A stretch of DNA of 64,000 nt, taken from contig JBIIRM010000002.1 in assembly GCA_044341565.1 (NCBI GenBank), forward strand, positions 1,812 through 65,811, in the 5' to 3' direction. The stretch is from Minisyncoccia bacterium (GTDB lineage Bacteria; Patescibacteriota; Minisyncoccia; SW-4-49-11). The position numbers and the translations under genes are program-made. The notes below the pieces were generated by a model that did no database searches, was not told the DNA's origin, and saw only the letters and a list, made by a program, of their open reading frames with translations. Below, piece after piece: positions 9,757 to 20,002 of the stretch; within the stretch, counting starts at the first letter, position 1; every line of letters starts with the position of its first letter.

Positions 9757-10433
9757 GTAGATTAGCCATACTACAAGAGAAAATTGGATACCATTTTAAG
9801 AATATTGATTTATTAGAGCAAGCTTTAACACATAGATCTTATCTTAATGAAAACCCAGCATTTAAACTTGGCCATAATGAAAGGTTTGAGTTTTATGGGG
9901 ATGCAATATTAGAAGATATTGTTACAGCCTATTTGTTTCATCATTATACTGATAAAAATGAAGGGGAATTAACTAATTTAAGGGCAGCTCTTGTTAGGGG
10001 AGCTCATTTAGCTGAAATAGCTGAGCGCTTGGAATTAGACCAGTATTTAAATATATCTAATGGCGAGCGTAATGATCCAGGAGCAAAATCTTATATTAAT
10101 GCTAATGCAATTGAGGCTTTAATAGCAGCTATTCGACTAGATGGGGGATATGAAGTGGCCCAGAATTTTATTGATACCTTTATTATTCCAGATATCGAGA
10201 TAATTATTAAAGAAAAATTATTTATTGATGCTAAAAGTGTATTTCAAGAAAAAATTCAAGAACAAAAAGGTATTACTCCTCGATATGAAGTTATTACGGA
10301 GAAGGGTCCAGACCATAATAAAATATTTGAAGTGGCAGTATATGTAGAAAATATTGAATATGGAAAAGGTAAAGGTGCTTCTAAACAAAAAGCAGAGCAG
10401 GATGCTGCAAAAAATGCACTTGATAACATATAA
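9753..10433 (+). CDS. rnc: Ribonuclease III
   Basis: [12 protein letters not shown] catalytic signature plus a C-terminal dsRBD ([20 protein letters not shown]). Confidence 0.85.
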   Translation: MSRLAILQEKIGYHFKNIDLLEQALTHRSYLNENPAFKLGHNERFEFYGDAILEDIVTAYLFHHYTDKNEGELTNLRAALVRGAHLAEIAERLELDQYLNISNGERNDPGAKSYINANAIEALIAAIRLDGGYEVAQNFIDTFIIPDIEIIIKEKLFIDAKSVFQEKIQEQKGITPRYEVITEKGPDHNKIFEVAVYVENIEYGKGKGASKQKAEQDAAKNALDNI

Positions 10434-10436
10434 TAT

Positions 10437-10895
10437 ATGCATATAGGATATGATATTGATGGAGTTTTAACAAAGCGTGATTATACTCATGTATCTCGCT
10501 TTGGAATTAGGGGATTTATTGCCTTTTTTCAAGCATATTTCCCCCAAGTGATTAAACGTTGGACATTAAATCAGCCTTTACAAGATGATATAGAAATTGC
10601 CCAAAAAATTTCAAATGAACATACTATTTCTATTATTACGGCAAGACCAGCATCATTCCGCCGTTATACTGCACAATGGTTAAAAAATATTGCAAAAATA
10701 GAATATGATCATTTATATTGTGTAGGGCTTAAGAATGGGTTTTCTGAGCGTAAATTAAAAGTTGCTCAAGATTTGGAAATTGATGTTTTCCTGGATGATA
10801 CCAAAGAGACTATTGAATTATTTGAGGCCAATGGAATTAATGCTCATAAATTTGAAACATGGGCTGAGGTACAAGTCTATCTTAAAACATTATGA
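10437..10895 (+). CDS. HAD-superfamily hydrolase (5'(3')-nucleotidase-like)
   Basis: N-terminal YDIDGV (DxDGV) motif I and a small ~150 aa HAD core. Confidence 0.5.
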   Translation: MHIGYDIDGVLTKRDYTHVSRFGIRGFIAFFQAYFPQVIKRWTLNQPLQDDIEIAQKISNEHTISIITARPASFRRYTAQWLKNIAKIEYDHLYCVGLKNGFSERKLKVAQDLEIDVFLDDTKETIELFEANGINAHKFETWAEVQVYLKTL

Positions 10896-11794
10896 CAATA
10901 TTACAAGGTTTTATATTAGGTTTAGTACAAGGTATTACTGAAGTACTCCCTGTATCGAGTACTGCTCATCTTATATTAACGCAAAAATTATTGGGGCTTG
11001 ATAGTATTGGAATTTCATTTGATGTTATGATGAATTTTGGAAGTTTGATTGCAATTATTATTTATTTTAGGGATATATGGCTTGATTTAATTGTGGGAGT
11101 ACTCAATTTTATCAAAATCCGTGTCAGTGTTTGGCTGAGAGCAAGACCTCACATAAAACAATATACCCCAAGATTCAAATCGATGGAAACTCAGTATTCA
11201 TTGGAGACATCATTTTATACACAATCTTTACAATCAGCTAGAACAGCAGTATTTTTAGCCCTAGCTACTCTTCCGGCTCTTTCAATTGGATATATATTAA
11301 AAGATTGGATTGAAAGCTATGCCAGAACCCCATTTGTTATAGCTATTGCTTTGATTATGGGTGCTATTCTTCTTGAAATTGCTGACAGAATAGGAAAAAG
11401 AGAATTAACATTGCATACTATTACTCCAATGAGAGTTTTGATTATTGGATGTACTCAAGTATTATCTCTTATCCCTGGATTTTCCCGTACGGGTTCCACT
11501 ATGACGGGGGGATTATTTGTAGGGCTTAATCGTAAAGATAGTGCAGCCTTTGCTTTTTTATTAGGGGCTCCTGTTATTCTGATTGCAACAATTGCTACAT
11601 TGCCAGATTTTATTGCTGAATATAGTTATTCTGCTGCAAGTGTAATTGCATTTATTACCTCAGGAATTGTTACTTATATTACTATTCATATTTTGTATAC
11701 CATTATACAAAAGCAATCCTTTCGTATTTTTGTTGTGTATCGTATTATTCTTGGTATACTATTATTAGTAGCTATATATAAATCAATATTATGA
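10892..11794 (+). CDS. uppP: Undecaprenyl-diphosphatase
   Basis: LPVSSTAHLIL and PGFSRTGST motifs of BacA/UppP. Multi-transmembrane. Confidence 0.85.
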   Translation: MTILQGFILGLVQGITEVLPVSSTAHLILTQKLLGLDSIGISFDVMMNFGSLIAIIIYFRDIWLDLIVGVLNFIKIRVSVWLRARPHIKQYTPRFKSMETQYSLETSFYTQSLQSARTAVFLALATLPALSIGYILKDWIESYARTPFVIAIALIMGAILLEIADRIGKRELTLHTITPMRVLIIGCTQVLSLIPGFSRTGSTMTGGLFVGLNRKDSAAFAFLLGAPVILIATIATLPDFIAEYSYSAASVIAFITSGIVTYITIHILYTIIQKQSFRIFVVYRIILGILLLVAIYKSIL

Positions 11795-12537
11795 AAACAA
11801 TTGTCTGTAATTGGAAAATGAATCCAAGCTCCATTGAAGAGGTAAATGAAATTGTTGATATTATTGCGGGGAATACTACTTCGGTAGGAAGAGCCGAGCT
11901 TATTATATTGCCTCCAAGTATTTATATATCTACCTTACAGCAATATCAATCTCGTTTATTTGCATCTCTGGGGGTACAGGATATTTCCTCTCAAGCCTCT
12001 GGAGCTTATACAGGACAGCTTTCAGCAGAAATGGTATATAATCTGGGACTCGAATATGCTCTTATTGGGCATTCTGAGACAAGAATATATCAACATTATA
12101 CTACTCAGGATATAGCAGATAAACTTACTCAGGTTCTTACACATAATCTTATTCCTATTCTTTGTGTGGGGTATGAAGAAAATCCTAATTTAGAGGAAGT
12201 AAATACAGATACAATAAAACAAGAATTATATGACATTATTGAACCCAATAAAGAATTATTAGCGGGGAAACATATTATTATTGCTTATGAGCCAATTTGG
12301 GCTATCGGTACTGGAAAAACGCCAAGTCTTGAGAGTATTGAGACTGTGAGTATTTTTATTAAGCGTATGGTTTTGGATATTTTAACTCCAGAGTCTCAAA
12401 ATACAGTGGCGGTATTATATGGAGGTAGTGTGAATAAAGACAATATACAGGAATTATCATCGATTCCTTCAGTGTCAGGTTTTTTGATAGGGGGAGCTTC
12501 TCTTGATAAGGAGCAAATCCCTATTTTATTAGGATAA
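11791..12537 (+). CDS. tpiA: Triosephosphate isomerase
   Basis: IAYEPIWAIGTGKT active-site motif. Confidence 0.85.
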   Translation: MKTIVCNWKMNPSSIEEVNEIVDIIAGNTTSVGRAELIILPPSIYISTLQQYQSRLFASLGVQDISSQASGAYTGQLSAEMVYNLGLEYALIGHSETRIYQHYTTQDIADKLTQVLTHNLIPILCVGYEENPNLEEVNTDTIKQELYDIIEPNKELLAGKHIIIAYEPIWAIGTGKTPSLESIETVSIFIKRMVLDILTPESQNTVAVLYGGSVNKDNIQELSSIPSVSGFLIGGASLDKEQIPILLG

Positions 12538-12594
12538 CAGATTGAGTGTTCCGTAATACTATGTTATGCTAACAGTATAGTTAATATAAGAAGT

Positions 12595-12999
12595 ATGAAA
12601 ATAGATATTATTACTCAAACTCAAGAAAATACCGATTATCGTAAAGTTATTGCAACCGGAGCCGACAGTCAATTAGTATTAATGAGTTTAGCCCCAGGAG
12701 AAGATATTGGAGAAGAGGTATATGGTGAAATAGATCAAATTACTGTGGTTGTGGATGGTACAGGTAGGCTTGAAATACCTGGGGAAGAAGATGATGGAAT
12801 TGAAGTAGGAGATTTAATTTTTACTCCAGCGGGGATACAACATAATATTATTAATGATTCTGAAGGGGGTTTAAAATTATATACTATTTATGCTCCTCCA
12901 GAACATGAACCTGGAGAAGTATTAGAAAAACAAGAAGAAGATTTAAGTGAAATTGAACAGGAAGAATTAGATGAAGTTTTAGATCAATTTGATGAATAA
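12595..12999 (+). CDS. Cupin-domain protein with an acidic C-terminal tail
   Basis: Small beta-barrel-like sequence with His-containing motifs. The C-terminus EEDLSEIEQEELDEVLDQFDE is acidic. It lies immediately upstream of the response regulator. Confidence 0.45.
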   Translation: MKIDIITQTQENTDYRKVIATGADSQLVLMSLAPGEDIGEEVYGEIDQITVVVDGTGRLEIPGEEDDGIEVGDLIFTPAGIQHNIINDSEGGLKLYTIYAPPEHEPGEVLEKQEEDLSEIEQEELDEVLDQFDE

Positions 13000-13002
13000 T
13001 AT

Positions 13003-13662
13003 ATGCATATACTCATCATAGAAGATGAAGCTGAAATAGCCAATACCCTTAAAATTTATTTAGAAAAACAAGGGTATGCTGTTGATATACGCTATGATGG
13101 AGATATGGGATTTTCAGCTTTAAAGTTGAATCAATATGATTGTTGTCTGTTAGATTTGAATTTACCTGGTAAAGATGGTATGGCAATTATTCATGATATC
13201 AGGGAGCTTGGGAATTTAATTCCAATTATTATGCTTACCGCCCGTTCTCAAATATATGATAAATTAGATGGATTTAAGCATGGGGCAGATGATTATATTA
13301 CCAAGCCCTTTCATTTGGCTGAAGTATTAGCTCGAATAGAGGCAGTTATACGAAGATTTTCAGACAATAAGCATACTCAATTAACTCTTGCTCAATATGA
13401 GATTATCCCTCATCAAAATCGAGTAATAGGGGATAATAAAACCATTGAGCTCTCAACTAAAGAGATGAGATTACTAGAATATTTAGTCCGTAATCAAAAT
13501 CGAATTATATCAGCAGAAGAATTATTAGAGCATGTATGGGATGATTCAGTAGATATGTTTTCTGATACGGTAAAAACTCATATCAAAACTCTAAGGCGTA
13601 AAATTGATCCTAATAAAACCTTAATCAAAACGGTAAAAGGAAAAGGCTATGGAATAATCTAG
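13003..13662 (+). CDS. OmpR-family DNA-binding response regulator
   Basis: Receiver domain (IIEDE...LLDLNLPGKDG...ITKPF) plus a C-terminal winged-helix domain (TVKGKGYGI). Confidence 0.85.
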   Translation: MHILIIEDEAEIANTLKIYLEKQGYAVDIRYDGDMGFSALKLNQYDCCLLDLNLPGKDGMAIIHDIRELGNLIPIIMLTARSQIYDKLDGFKHGADDYITKPFHLAEVLARIEAVIRRFSDNKHTQLTLAQYEIIPHQNRVIGDNKTIELSTKEMRLLEYLVRNQNRIISAEELLEHVWDDSVDMFSDTVKTHIKTLRRKIDPNKTLIKTVKGKGYGII

Positions 13663-13779
13663 GATTCATTATTGAGCATATTGATATATTTGTGTTTTTC
13701 TTCACGTTGGCTTCACTCATATAGGTATATTCTATAAATAGAATCACAAGATGATTCAATAATAACTAAGGATACCAAT

Positions 13780-13935
13780 ATGAGATACCAGAAGCAATTT
13801 GTTCAACAAAAGGTTAGGGTACTCGGGATGGCATCACATCTTAAGCTAACTAATCATAGATCAAGTATAGGTTCACATACGATGATCAAAAAAGATGGTG
13901 CCGAAAGAGTATTCAAAGGCAAACATAGGTATTAG
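13780..13935 (+). CDS. Possible small basic protein (51 aa) in the response-regulator/histidine-kinase intergenic region
   Basis: An ATG is preceded by aaGGAtaccaat (a Shine-Dalgarno-like sequence 7 nt upstream). Translation MRYQKQFVQQKVRVLGMASHLKLTNHRSSIGSHTMIKKDGAERVFKGKHRY. Local GC is higher than the surroundings. No homolog was recognised. Confidence 0.25.
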   Translation: MRYQKQFVQQKVRVLGMASHLKLTNHRSSIGSHTMIKKDGAERVFKGKHRY

Positions 13936-14114
13936 AGGTCAACCTTGATCTAATACAATTAAAGTACTTTGCACCTTATTCACACAATAACAATTAAATC
14001 ATATTATCACTATCTGATATCAGATATATATACTCCTAAGTGGAGAAAAGCTGTTTAGCAAATAGAAAAAGAGAAGTTTAAACCTTCTCTCTTTTCTGTG
14101 TTATAATTCACAAT

Positions 14115-15260
14115 ATGTCTCAATATATTCACACATTACAATTTCGACTCACCATGTATTATACAGGACTTTTTGTTCTGTTGAGTCTTATTGTACTGAT
14201 AACATTGAATGTATTGGCAGCAAGATATTATCAGCAAACTGAATTAGGTTTAGATGGATTATCTGAATACAGTAATGTTTTTTCTGGATTTGAAGATGGA
14301 AGTTTCCCTCAAGATAAATTTATTGAAGTTATTCGTGAAATTCGTGAGCAAGATTTATCTACGATTCGCCGCAGTTCATTTTTTATATTTGCAATTCTTG
14401 TAGGGTTATCTTTAGCGGGGGGGAATGCTATATCAGCCCAAGTGTTAAGCCCTATAAAAGATATTAATAAACAAATTAAAGCAATTCAAGCTGAGTCAAT
14501 TGAAAAAATAACATATCCTCATTTAGACGAAGAATTACAAGAACTCATCTCATCAATTAATGAGATGCTTTTGCGTTTGGGGAAAAGTTTTCGCTCACAA
14601 AAGGAATTTATTGAATTTGCCTCTCATGAGCTCAAAACTCCATTATCTGTAATGATGGCAAAAACTGATTTAGTATTAGCAGATACCAAATTAGGCAAAG
14701 ACAACACGGTATTATTACAGGGAATACAAACTAAAATTGATTATCTCAATGATTTAATTAATGATTTATCTTTATTATCTTTATCAAAAGAACATTTGCA
14801 ATTTGAATCGATAAGTATACAGTCAATTTTAGATACCGTTATACATAATGTACAAGCAAAAGCTAAGTTAAAAGATATTACCATTACTATTACAGGTAAA
14901 AAGCTTAATACAACTTTACCCCTAGTACCCATTTTGATTACTCAAGCGGTAGAGAATATTATAGAAAATGCTATTCAATATTCTAGTAAAGGGGGTACAA
15001 TTATTATTGATACCCAAATTTATAAAAAATTCTTTACTATGCGTATTCAAGATACGGGTATTGGAATTCCAGAAAATGTTATACATCGTATTTTTGATAA
15101 ATTTTATCGAGTAGATGCATCAAGATCCAGGCATACTGGAGGTAGGGGACTAGGGCTAACCCTTACCAAAGCAATTATAGAATTACATAATGGAACTATT
15201 CGAGTTGAATCTGAGGAAGGTAAGGGAACAGTATTTACTCTACATATCCCAATTGGCTAA
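14115..15260 (+). CDS. Sensor histidine kinase (partner of 13003)
   Basis: Two transmembrane segments. HisKA motif ASHELKTPLS. HATPase_c motifs (QDTGIGIP, GGRGLGLTL). Confidence 0.85.
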   Translation: MSQYIHTLQFRLTMYYTGLFVLLSLIVLITLNVLAARYYQQTELGLDGLSEYSNVFSGFEDGSFPQDKFIEVIREIREQDLSTIRRSSFFIFAILVGLSLAGGNAISAQVLSPIKDINKQIKAIQAESIEKITYPHLDEELQELISSINEMLLRLGKSFRSQKEFIEFASHELKTPLSVMMAKTDLVLADTKLGKDNTVLLQGIQTKIDYLNDLINDLSLLSLSKEHLQFESISIQSILDTVIHNVQAKAKLKDITITITGKKLNTTLPLVPILITQAVENIIENAIQYSSKGGTIIIDTQIYKKFFTMRIQDTGIGIPENVIHRIFDKFYRVDASRSRHTGGRGLGLTLTKAIIELHNGTIRVESEEGKGTVFTLHIPIG

Positions 15261-15265
15261 TAGTA

Positions 15266-16120
15266 TTAGCGACTAGATATAAGAGACTTATACAAAAGTA
15301 TTCCAAAAAATAGTATTGCATTGATAGTTACAATAGTAGCTCCCGTTGGGATATTTCCAATAAAAGAAATAATAATTCCAATCAGTATACTAATAAGGGC
15401 AATAATAATAGCAAAAATAATAGTTTGCTGAAAACTTTTTGCAATTTGTAAACTAGAACTTGCAGGAAGAATAAGTAAAGCTGAAATTAATAATGCACCA
15501 GCTAATTTGATACTCATAATAACGGTAAGAGCAGTAATAATAGAGAATACTATATCTAATCTAGATACGGGAAGCCCACTAATTTTAGCTTGTTCGGTAT
15601 TAAATGAAATTGCTACAAATTCTTGATAAAAAAGGATAATAATAGATAGTATAGAAATTGATCCAATAATAGCAAATATCAATTCCTGCTGATTAATAGC
15701 TAAAATATTACCAAAAAGATAGCTAAAAATATCAATATTAAATCCTGTGGTAATACTTGATATAATAACTCCAATAGCAAGTCCAAGAGATGCGAGTATT
15801 CCAATAATAGCATCTCCTTCAATAATATTATTCCGAGTGAGAGTATAAATAATAAGAGATGCAATAATCACAAGGGGGATAGCAACAAATAAGGGATATA
15901 TGCCAAAAGCAATACCAATAGCAATTGCTCCAAAACTAATATGAGCAAGACCATCTCCAATTAGAGACATTTTACGAAGTACCAGAAATACCCCAAGAAC
16001 TGCACAAACAAGCCCAAGGAAAAACCCGGCAATAATAGCCTGCTCAACGAATTGATATTGTAAGAGGTTAATAAGATTATTCATGTTGATGACAAATAAG
16101 ATGTTTTGACCCCTCTCCAA
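15266..16120 (-). CDS. znuB: Metal (Zn/Mn) ABC transporter permease
   Basis: ~8 transmembrane ABC-3 family permease, in an operon with the ATPase and the His-rich substrate-binding protein. Confidence 0.75.
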   Translation of the reverse strand: MERGQNILFVINMNNLINLLQYQFVEQAIIAGFFLGLVCAVLGVFLVLRKMSLIGDGLAHISFGAIAIGIAFGIYPLFVAIPLVIIASLIIYTLTRNNIIEGDAIIGILASLGLAIGVIISSITTGFNIDIFSYLFGNILAINQQELIFAIIGSISILSIIILFYQEFVAISFNTEQAKISGLPVSRLDIVFSIITALTVIMSIKLAGALLISALLILPASSSLQIAKSFQQTIIFAIIIALISILIGIIISFIGNIPTGATIVTINAILFFGILLYKSLISSR

Positions 16121-16826
16121 AATAATTACTCATGGAATCAGATTCGCAAAATTCATGAAAGTCCCCCCAAAAGATAATATGAGTATCAATGAGAAGAATT
16201 TTATCAGCATAATTTCCAATATCATTAGTATCATGCGTGATAAGGAGAATAGTTAAACCTTGTTTATGAAGTTTACTAATTTGCTCATAAAAGGTATTTC
16301 TAATTTCAGGATCAAGAGCATTGGTGGGCTCATCGAGAATTAATACCTTTGGTTTTGATACCAGAGCTTTTGCTAGCCATACTCTTTGCCTTTGACCTCC
16401 TGATAAATCATGAATAGAGGTTTTTGCTAAATCCTGTATATCAAGAGATTTGAGAGTTTCATGAATAGTTTGTATATTATCTTTGCTAAGTATACGAGGC
16501 CAAGAAAGGGTCGAAATCAGCCCTAGGGACACGATTTCCTCTACTGTCGCAGGGAATTGATGAGAATATTGATTTAAAGATTGAGGTACATACCCTATAT
16601 AATTCCAATTATGAAAATTAGCAAGGGGTTTATCCCAAAGCTTAATAGAACCCGTATAGGGATTTAGATTTAATATGGTACGAATAAGAGTAGATTTTCC
16701 TGCTCCATTTGGACCGGTAATACCAATAAAATCACCTTGTTTAATATCAAGGCTAATACTCTGTAATATCTGACTTATGCCAAATGATACAGAGACATTA
16801 TCAAGGGATATAATACTATTCTTCAT
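16077..16826 (-). CDS. znuC: Metal ABC transporter ATP-binding protein
   Basis: Walker A GPNGAGKST, signature LSGGQRQRV and Walker B ILDEP. Confidence 0.8.
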   Translation of the reverse strand: MKNSIISLDNVSVSFGISQILQSISLDIKQGDFIGITGPNGAGKSTLIRTILNLNPYTGSIKLWDKPLANFHNWNYIGYVPQSLNQYSHQFPATVEEIVSLGLISTLSWPRILSKDNIQTIHETLKSLDIQDLAKTSIHDLSGGQRQRVWLAKALVSKPKVLILDEPTNALDPEIRNTFYEQISKLHKQGLTILLITHDTNDIGNYADKILLIDTHIIFWGDFHEFCESDSMSNYFGEGSKHLICHQHE

Positions 16827-16843
16827 TGAGATAAGTATAGCAT

Positions 16844-17845
16844 TTATTTACAATCAAGCCCAGCACGTAAATTCTCTAGATTTTCTCGCATAATATCAAT
16901 AAAAGATATTCCAGATTTGAATTGATCAGATGTGATATTATGTGCACCATTGAGTAATAATATTGGGACTCCCGTTTCATCTGATATAGTCTTTGCGATA
17001 CGAGGTTCAATTAATTCTTCACTAAATACGGCCTTGGATTTTTCTTCCTTAACTTCATCAATTAGCATTGCAATATCTTTAGCTGAAGTATCACTATTAG
17101 GGCTTAATTCTTCCGTGGTAATATATTCAAGATTATATTTACGAGCTAAATATTCGAATGTCCTATGTCCAGCTTGAATAATAGTTTTATTTGTACAAGT
17201 TGAGAGAGTATTAGTATAATCTGTATCAAGTTGAGTTAAATTTTGTATTAATTTCTCTGTATTTTGACTTAATAGACTATTATCTATGATATTTTTTGAG
17301 GATACAGTATCAGAAATTGTCTTTGTTGCGATAATAGTATTATTAAAGTCTAACCAGAAATGAGGATCTATAGCAGATTTTCCATCCTTATTGTCATTAT
17401 GTTCCTCATCATGATGATTATCATGCCCGTGGTCATGACTGTGATTCTCGGAAGACTCAATAAGGGGAATATTTTTACTTGCATCAATAACTGTTACTGA
17501 TTGTGGTAGATTGCTAATAATATCTTTTACCCAAGGCTCCATATACTCACCAGTATAGATGAATATATCTGCTTCTTGAATTTTGATAATATCCTGCGGA
17601 GTCGGCTCAAAGGAATGAGGCTCTATGCCAGGGGGTAGTAGAAGAGATATATTAGCCTTATCTCCTATTAAGATTTTGGTAATATCATAGAAGGGGAATA
17701 AAGTAGTTACAATAACGGGTTTTTGTGCTTGGTTCGGAATTTGTGTAGTATTTGTGGATGTATTTTGGGGTCTATTGATTGCAAATACGGCTGCTACCCC
17801 TAATAGGAGGAGAGTAATGATTAATATGAAGCGAGATAATTTCAT
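16844..17845 (-). CDS. znuA: Metal ABC transporter substrate-binding protein with a His-rich loop (ZnuA-like)
   Basis: The track ORF extends to 18151, but the likely start is MKLSRFILIITLLLLGVAAVFA (signal peptide) at 17845. The His-rich segment HSHDHGHDNHHDEEHNDNKD is typical of ZnuA. Confidence 0.7.
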   Translation of the reverse strand: MKLSRFILIITLLLLGVAAVFAINRPQNTSTNTTQIPNQAQKPVIVTTLFPFYDITKILIGDKANISLLLPPGIEPHSFEPTPQDIIKIQEADIFIYTGEYMEPWVKDIISNLPQSVTVIDASKNIPLIESSENHSHDHGHDNHHDEEHNDNKDGKSAIDPHFWLDFNNTIIATKTISDTVSSKNIIDNSLLSQNTEKLIQNLTQLDTDYTNTLSTCTNKTIIQAGHRTFEYLARKYNLEYITTEELSPNSDTSAKDIAMLIDEVKEEKSKAVFSEELIEPRIAKTISDETGVPILLLNGAHNITSDQFKSGISFIDIMRENLENLRAGLDCK

Positions 17846-17963
17846 TATGTTAGAATTACTAATATAAATATAGTATATACTAGTTGCAAATGATTTGCAA
17901 CTAGTTGAATTGGACTCTGATGAAGTATATGATAGAATAAGTATAAGATTCAATATAATATAT

Positions 17964-18356
17964 ATGATTAATAAAAATAAAAAAGGATTTACCTTATTAG
18001 AAATAATACTCACAATTACTGCAATTGGGATATTATCGGCAATAGCTTTGGTGGCATTAAACCCGAATAAACAATTAGAGGCGGGAAAAGCGGTTAAAAG
18101 AAAAGCAGATATGGATGCTATTGCAAAGGCAATAGAGCAATATGTTGTCAATAATCGGGGACAATATCCACCAGCCCTACAATCTGTAGTGACAGGAGGA
18201 ACGGTAGGATTATGTGCTACAAATCCTTGTACAGGAGGTATAGATTTGACTACAGATCTAGACCCCTATATAGCAGCTATACCATTACCTGATATAGGTC
18301 AATATACTATTACTAAAACAGCCGCAGGTATTATATTGGAATATTCGTCTTTCTGA
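17964..18356 (+). CDS. Small type IV pilin / pseudopilin
   Basis: The likely start is MINKNKKG/FTLLEIILTITAIGILSAIALVALNP, a prepilin N-terminal methylation motif. The track ORF starts upstream at 17895. The N-domain is paralogous to the N-terminus of 6864. Confidence 0.6.
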   Translation: MINKNKKGFTLLEIILTITAIGILSAIALVALNPNKQLEAGKAVKRKADMDAIAKAIEQYVVNNRGQYPPALQSVVTGGTVGLCATNPCTGGIDLTTDLDPYIAAIPLPDIGQYTITKTAAGIILEYSSF

Positions 18357-18415
18357 TATAATTTTAACTAATATAATCAGATAAATCTTTTCAATCATAT
18401 GATATACTATATTAT

Positions 18416-19051
18416 ATGATTGTATTTATTCGAAGAAGTATAGGTATTCTAATTATCGGAGCTATAATTTTTATTGCATATACGAATGCTTCAATTTCCC
18501 ATGACCCTATACCATTTATTAAAAATAAAGCAGATGATTTAAAAGATCATAAGGTGGGTTTGGTATTAGGAACCAGTGAGCGTATGATTGGGGGAGGGGA
18601 TAATCCCTATTTCGTCAATCGTATTGAGGCAGCAGTAGAATTATATCAAAAAGGTAAAATCAAAAAGATTTTAGTAAGTGGAGATAATGCAGATATCTCT
18701 TATAATGAGCCTAAGGCAATGCAAACAGCATTATTGGAGCGGGGTATTCCTAAGGAGGATATAGTACTCGATTATGCGGGATTTCGTACTCTTGACTCTG
18801 TAGTACGCTCCCGAGATATATTTGGGCAAAATGATATTGTTATTATTTCTCAGGAATTTCATATCAAAAGAGCAGTATATATTGCCCGAACTTTGGGCAT
18901 TGATGCAGAGGGATTTGTCGCAAAAGGAGTTCCAGTAAAATCGAGTATTCGTACACAGGCACGAGAAATTCTGGCTCGAACTCAGGCATGGACTGATATA
19001 CATATCTTGAATCGGCAACCTAAATTCCTTGGAGAAAAAGAAGTCATATAA
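18416..19051 (+). CDS. DUF218 / SanA-YdcF family membrane-anchored protein
   Basis: N-terminal transmembrane helix. KILVSGDN...ISQEFHIKRA pattern of the DUF218 family. Confidence 0.5.
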   Translation: MIVFIRRSIGILIIGAIIFIAYTNASISHDPIPFIKNKADDLKDHKVGLVLGTSERMIGGGDNPYFVNRIEAAVELYQKGKIKKILVSGDNADISYNEPKAMQTALLERGIPKEDIVLDYAGFRTLDSVVRSRDIFGQNDIVIISQEFHIKRAVYIARTLGIDAEGFVAKGVPVKSSIRTQAREILARTQAWTDIHILNRQPKFLGEKEVI

Positions 19052-19087
19052 ACAAAAAGAAGTATCTGATACTCCTTTTTGTTAGCT

Positions 19088-19288
19088 TTAGACAGCTAAG
19101 CTTTTATTAATAGTTCGCATACAAGTAGTACAAGCTTTTACTTTAGTTCCATCAGGAAGAGTATAGGGCTGTACATTTACTTTTTGAGTATGCTTACTAG
19201 TAGGATTATAATTACCACGTAAAAGTTTACGCTTGGTTACAACCATCGCTTTTTTTGAACAAATTGGTAATTCACATCGTCGAGACAT
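19088..19288 (-). CDS. rpmB: 50S ribosomal protein L28
   Basis: MSRRCEL...GN..S...R...N pattern and a 66-aa basic protein are consistent with bL28. Confidence 0.55.
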   Translation of the reverse strand: MSRRCELPICSKKAMVVTKRKLLRGNYNPTSKHTQKVNVQPYTLPDGTKVKACTTCMRTINKSLAV

Positions 19289-19350
19289 ACTATAAAGTTA
19301 ACGGTATTATTGAGATTGATGACAAAATATGGTATTATTATACCTGTTAG

Positions 19351-20001
19351 ATGAATAAAAGTCAACTGCCTATCAATATGGATACAACTTTAATTATATT
19401 TCAAATTATTATTTTGATATTTGCGGTGATTATTCATGAGGTGTCACATGGAGTAATAGCTTTAGCCCTTGGAGACCCGACAGCAAAATTAGCAGGAAGA
19501 TTAACCCTCAACCCTATCCCTCATATTGATATATATGGTTCAATTATATTACCTCTATTGATGGGGATTGCCAGTAGTGGGGCTTTTATGTTTGGTTATG
19601 CTAAGCCAGTTCCATTTAATCCTTATTTATTAAGAGATCAAAAATGGGCGCCAGCTCTGGTTGCACTTGCGGGGCCAGGGTCAAATATATTATTAGCTTT
19701 AGGGCTTGGGGCATTGTATCGTATAGCGGGATTATTTATGGTAATTCCCCAAGAAGTAGCACAATTATTTGGTATTGCAGTAATTATTAATATTGTACTT
19801 GCGGTATTTAATTCTATTCCCATTCCTCCCCTTGATGGATCCAAAATGATTGCTCCACTACTTCCCTATAATATTATTAGGAGTAAAGCCTATGCCGTAT
19901 TAGAAGAACAAGGAATGTTTATTGTACTCATATTTGCTTTATTTGGTTTTGGACTGATTAGTCCTTTTATATTTAGGCTCACTAATTTAATTTTGGGTTA
20001 A
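19351..20001 (+). CDS. Peptidase M50 / site-2 protease-family membrane metalloprotease
   Basis: HEVSH (HExxH) lies in a transmembrane helix, and the downstream NSIPIPPLDGSK is the LDG motif. Confidence 0.6.
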   Translation: MNKSQLPINMDTTLIIFQIIILIFAVIIHEVSHGVIALALGDPTAKLAGRLTLNPIPHIDIYGSIILPLLMGIASSGAFMFGYAKPVPFNPYLLRDQKWAPALVALAGPGSNILLALGLGALYRIAGLFMVIPQEVAQLFGIAVIINIVLAVFNSIPIPPLDGSKMIAPLLPYNIIRSKAYAVLEEQGMFIVLIFALFGFGLISPFIFRLTNLILG

Positions 20002-20002
20002 T

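Noticed and set aside
17846-18151. N-terminal ~100-aa extension of the znuA ORF in the six-frame track, and the 17895-17963 extension of the pilin ORF
   Set aside because: Both proteins have obvious signal-peptide or prepilin starts at internal Met codons (MKLSRF... and MINKNKKG...). The extensions overlap the divergent promoter region and are not conserved-looking.
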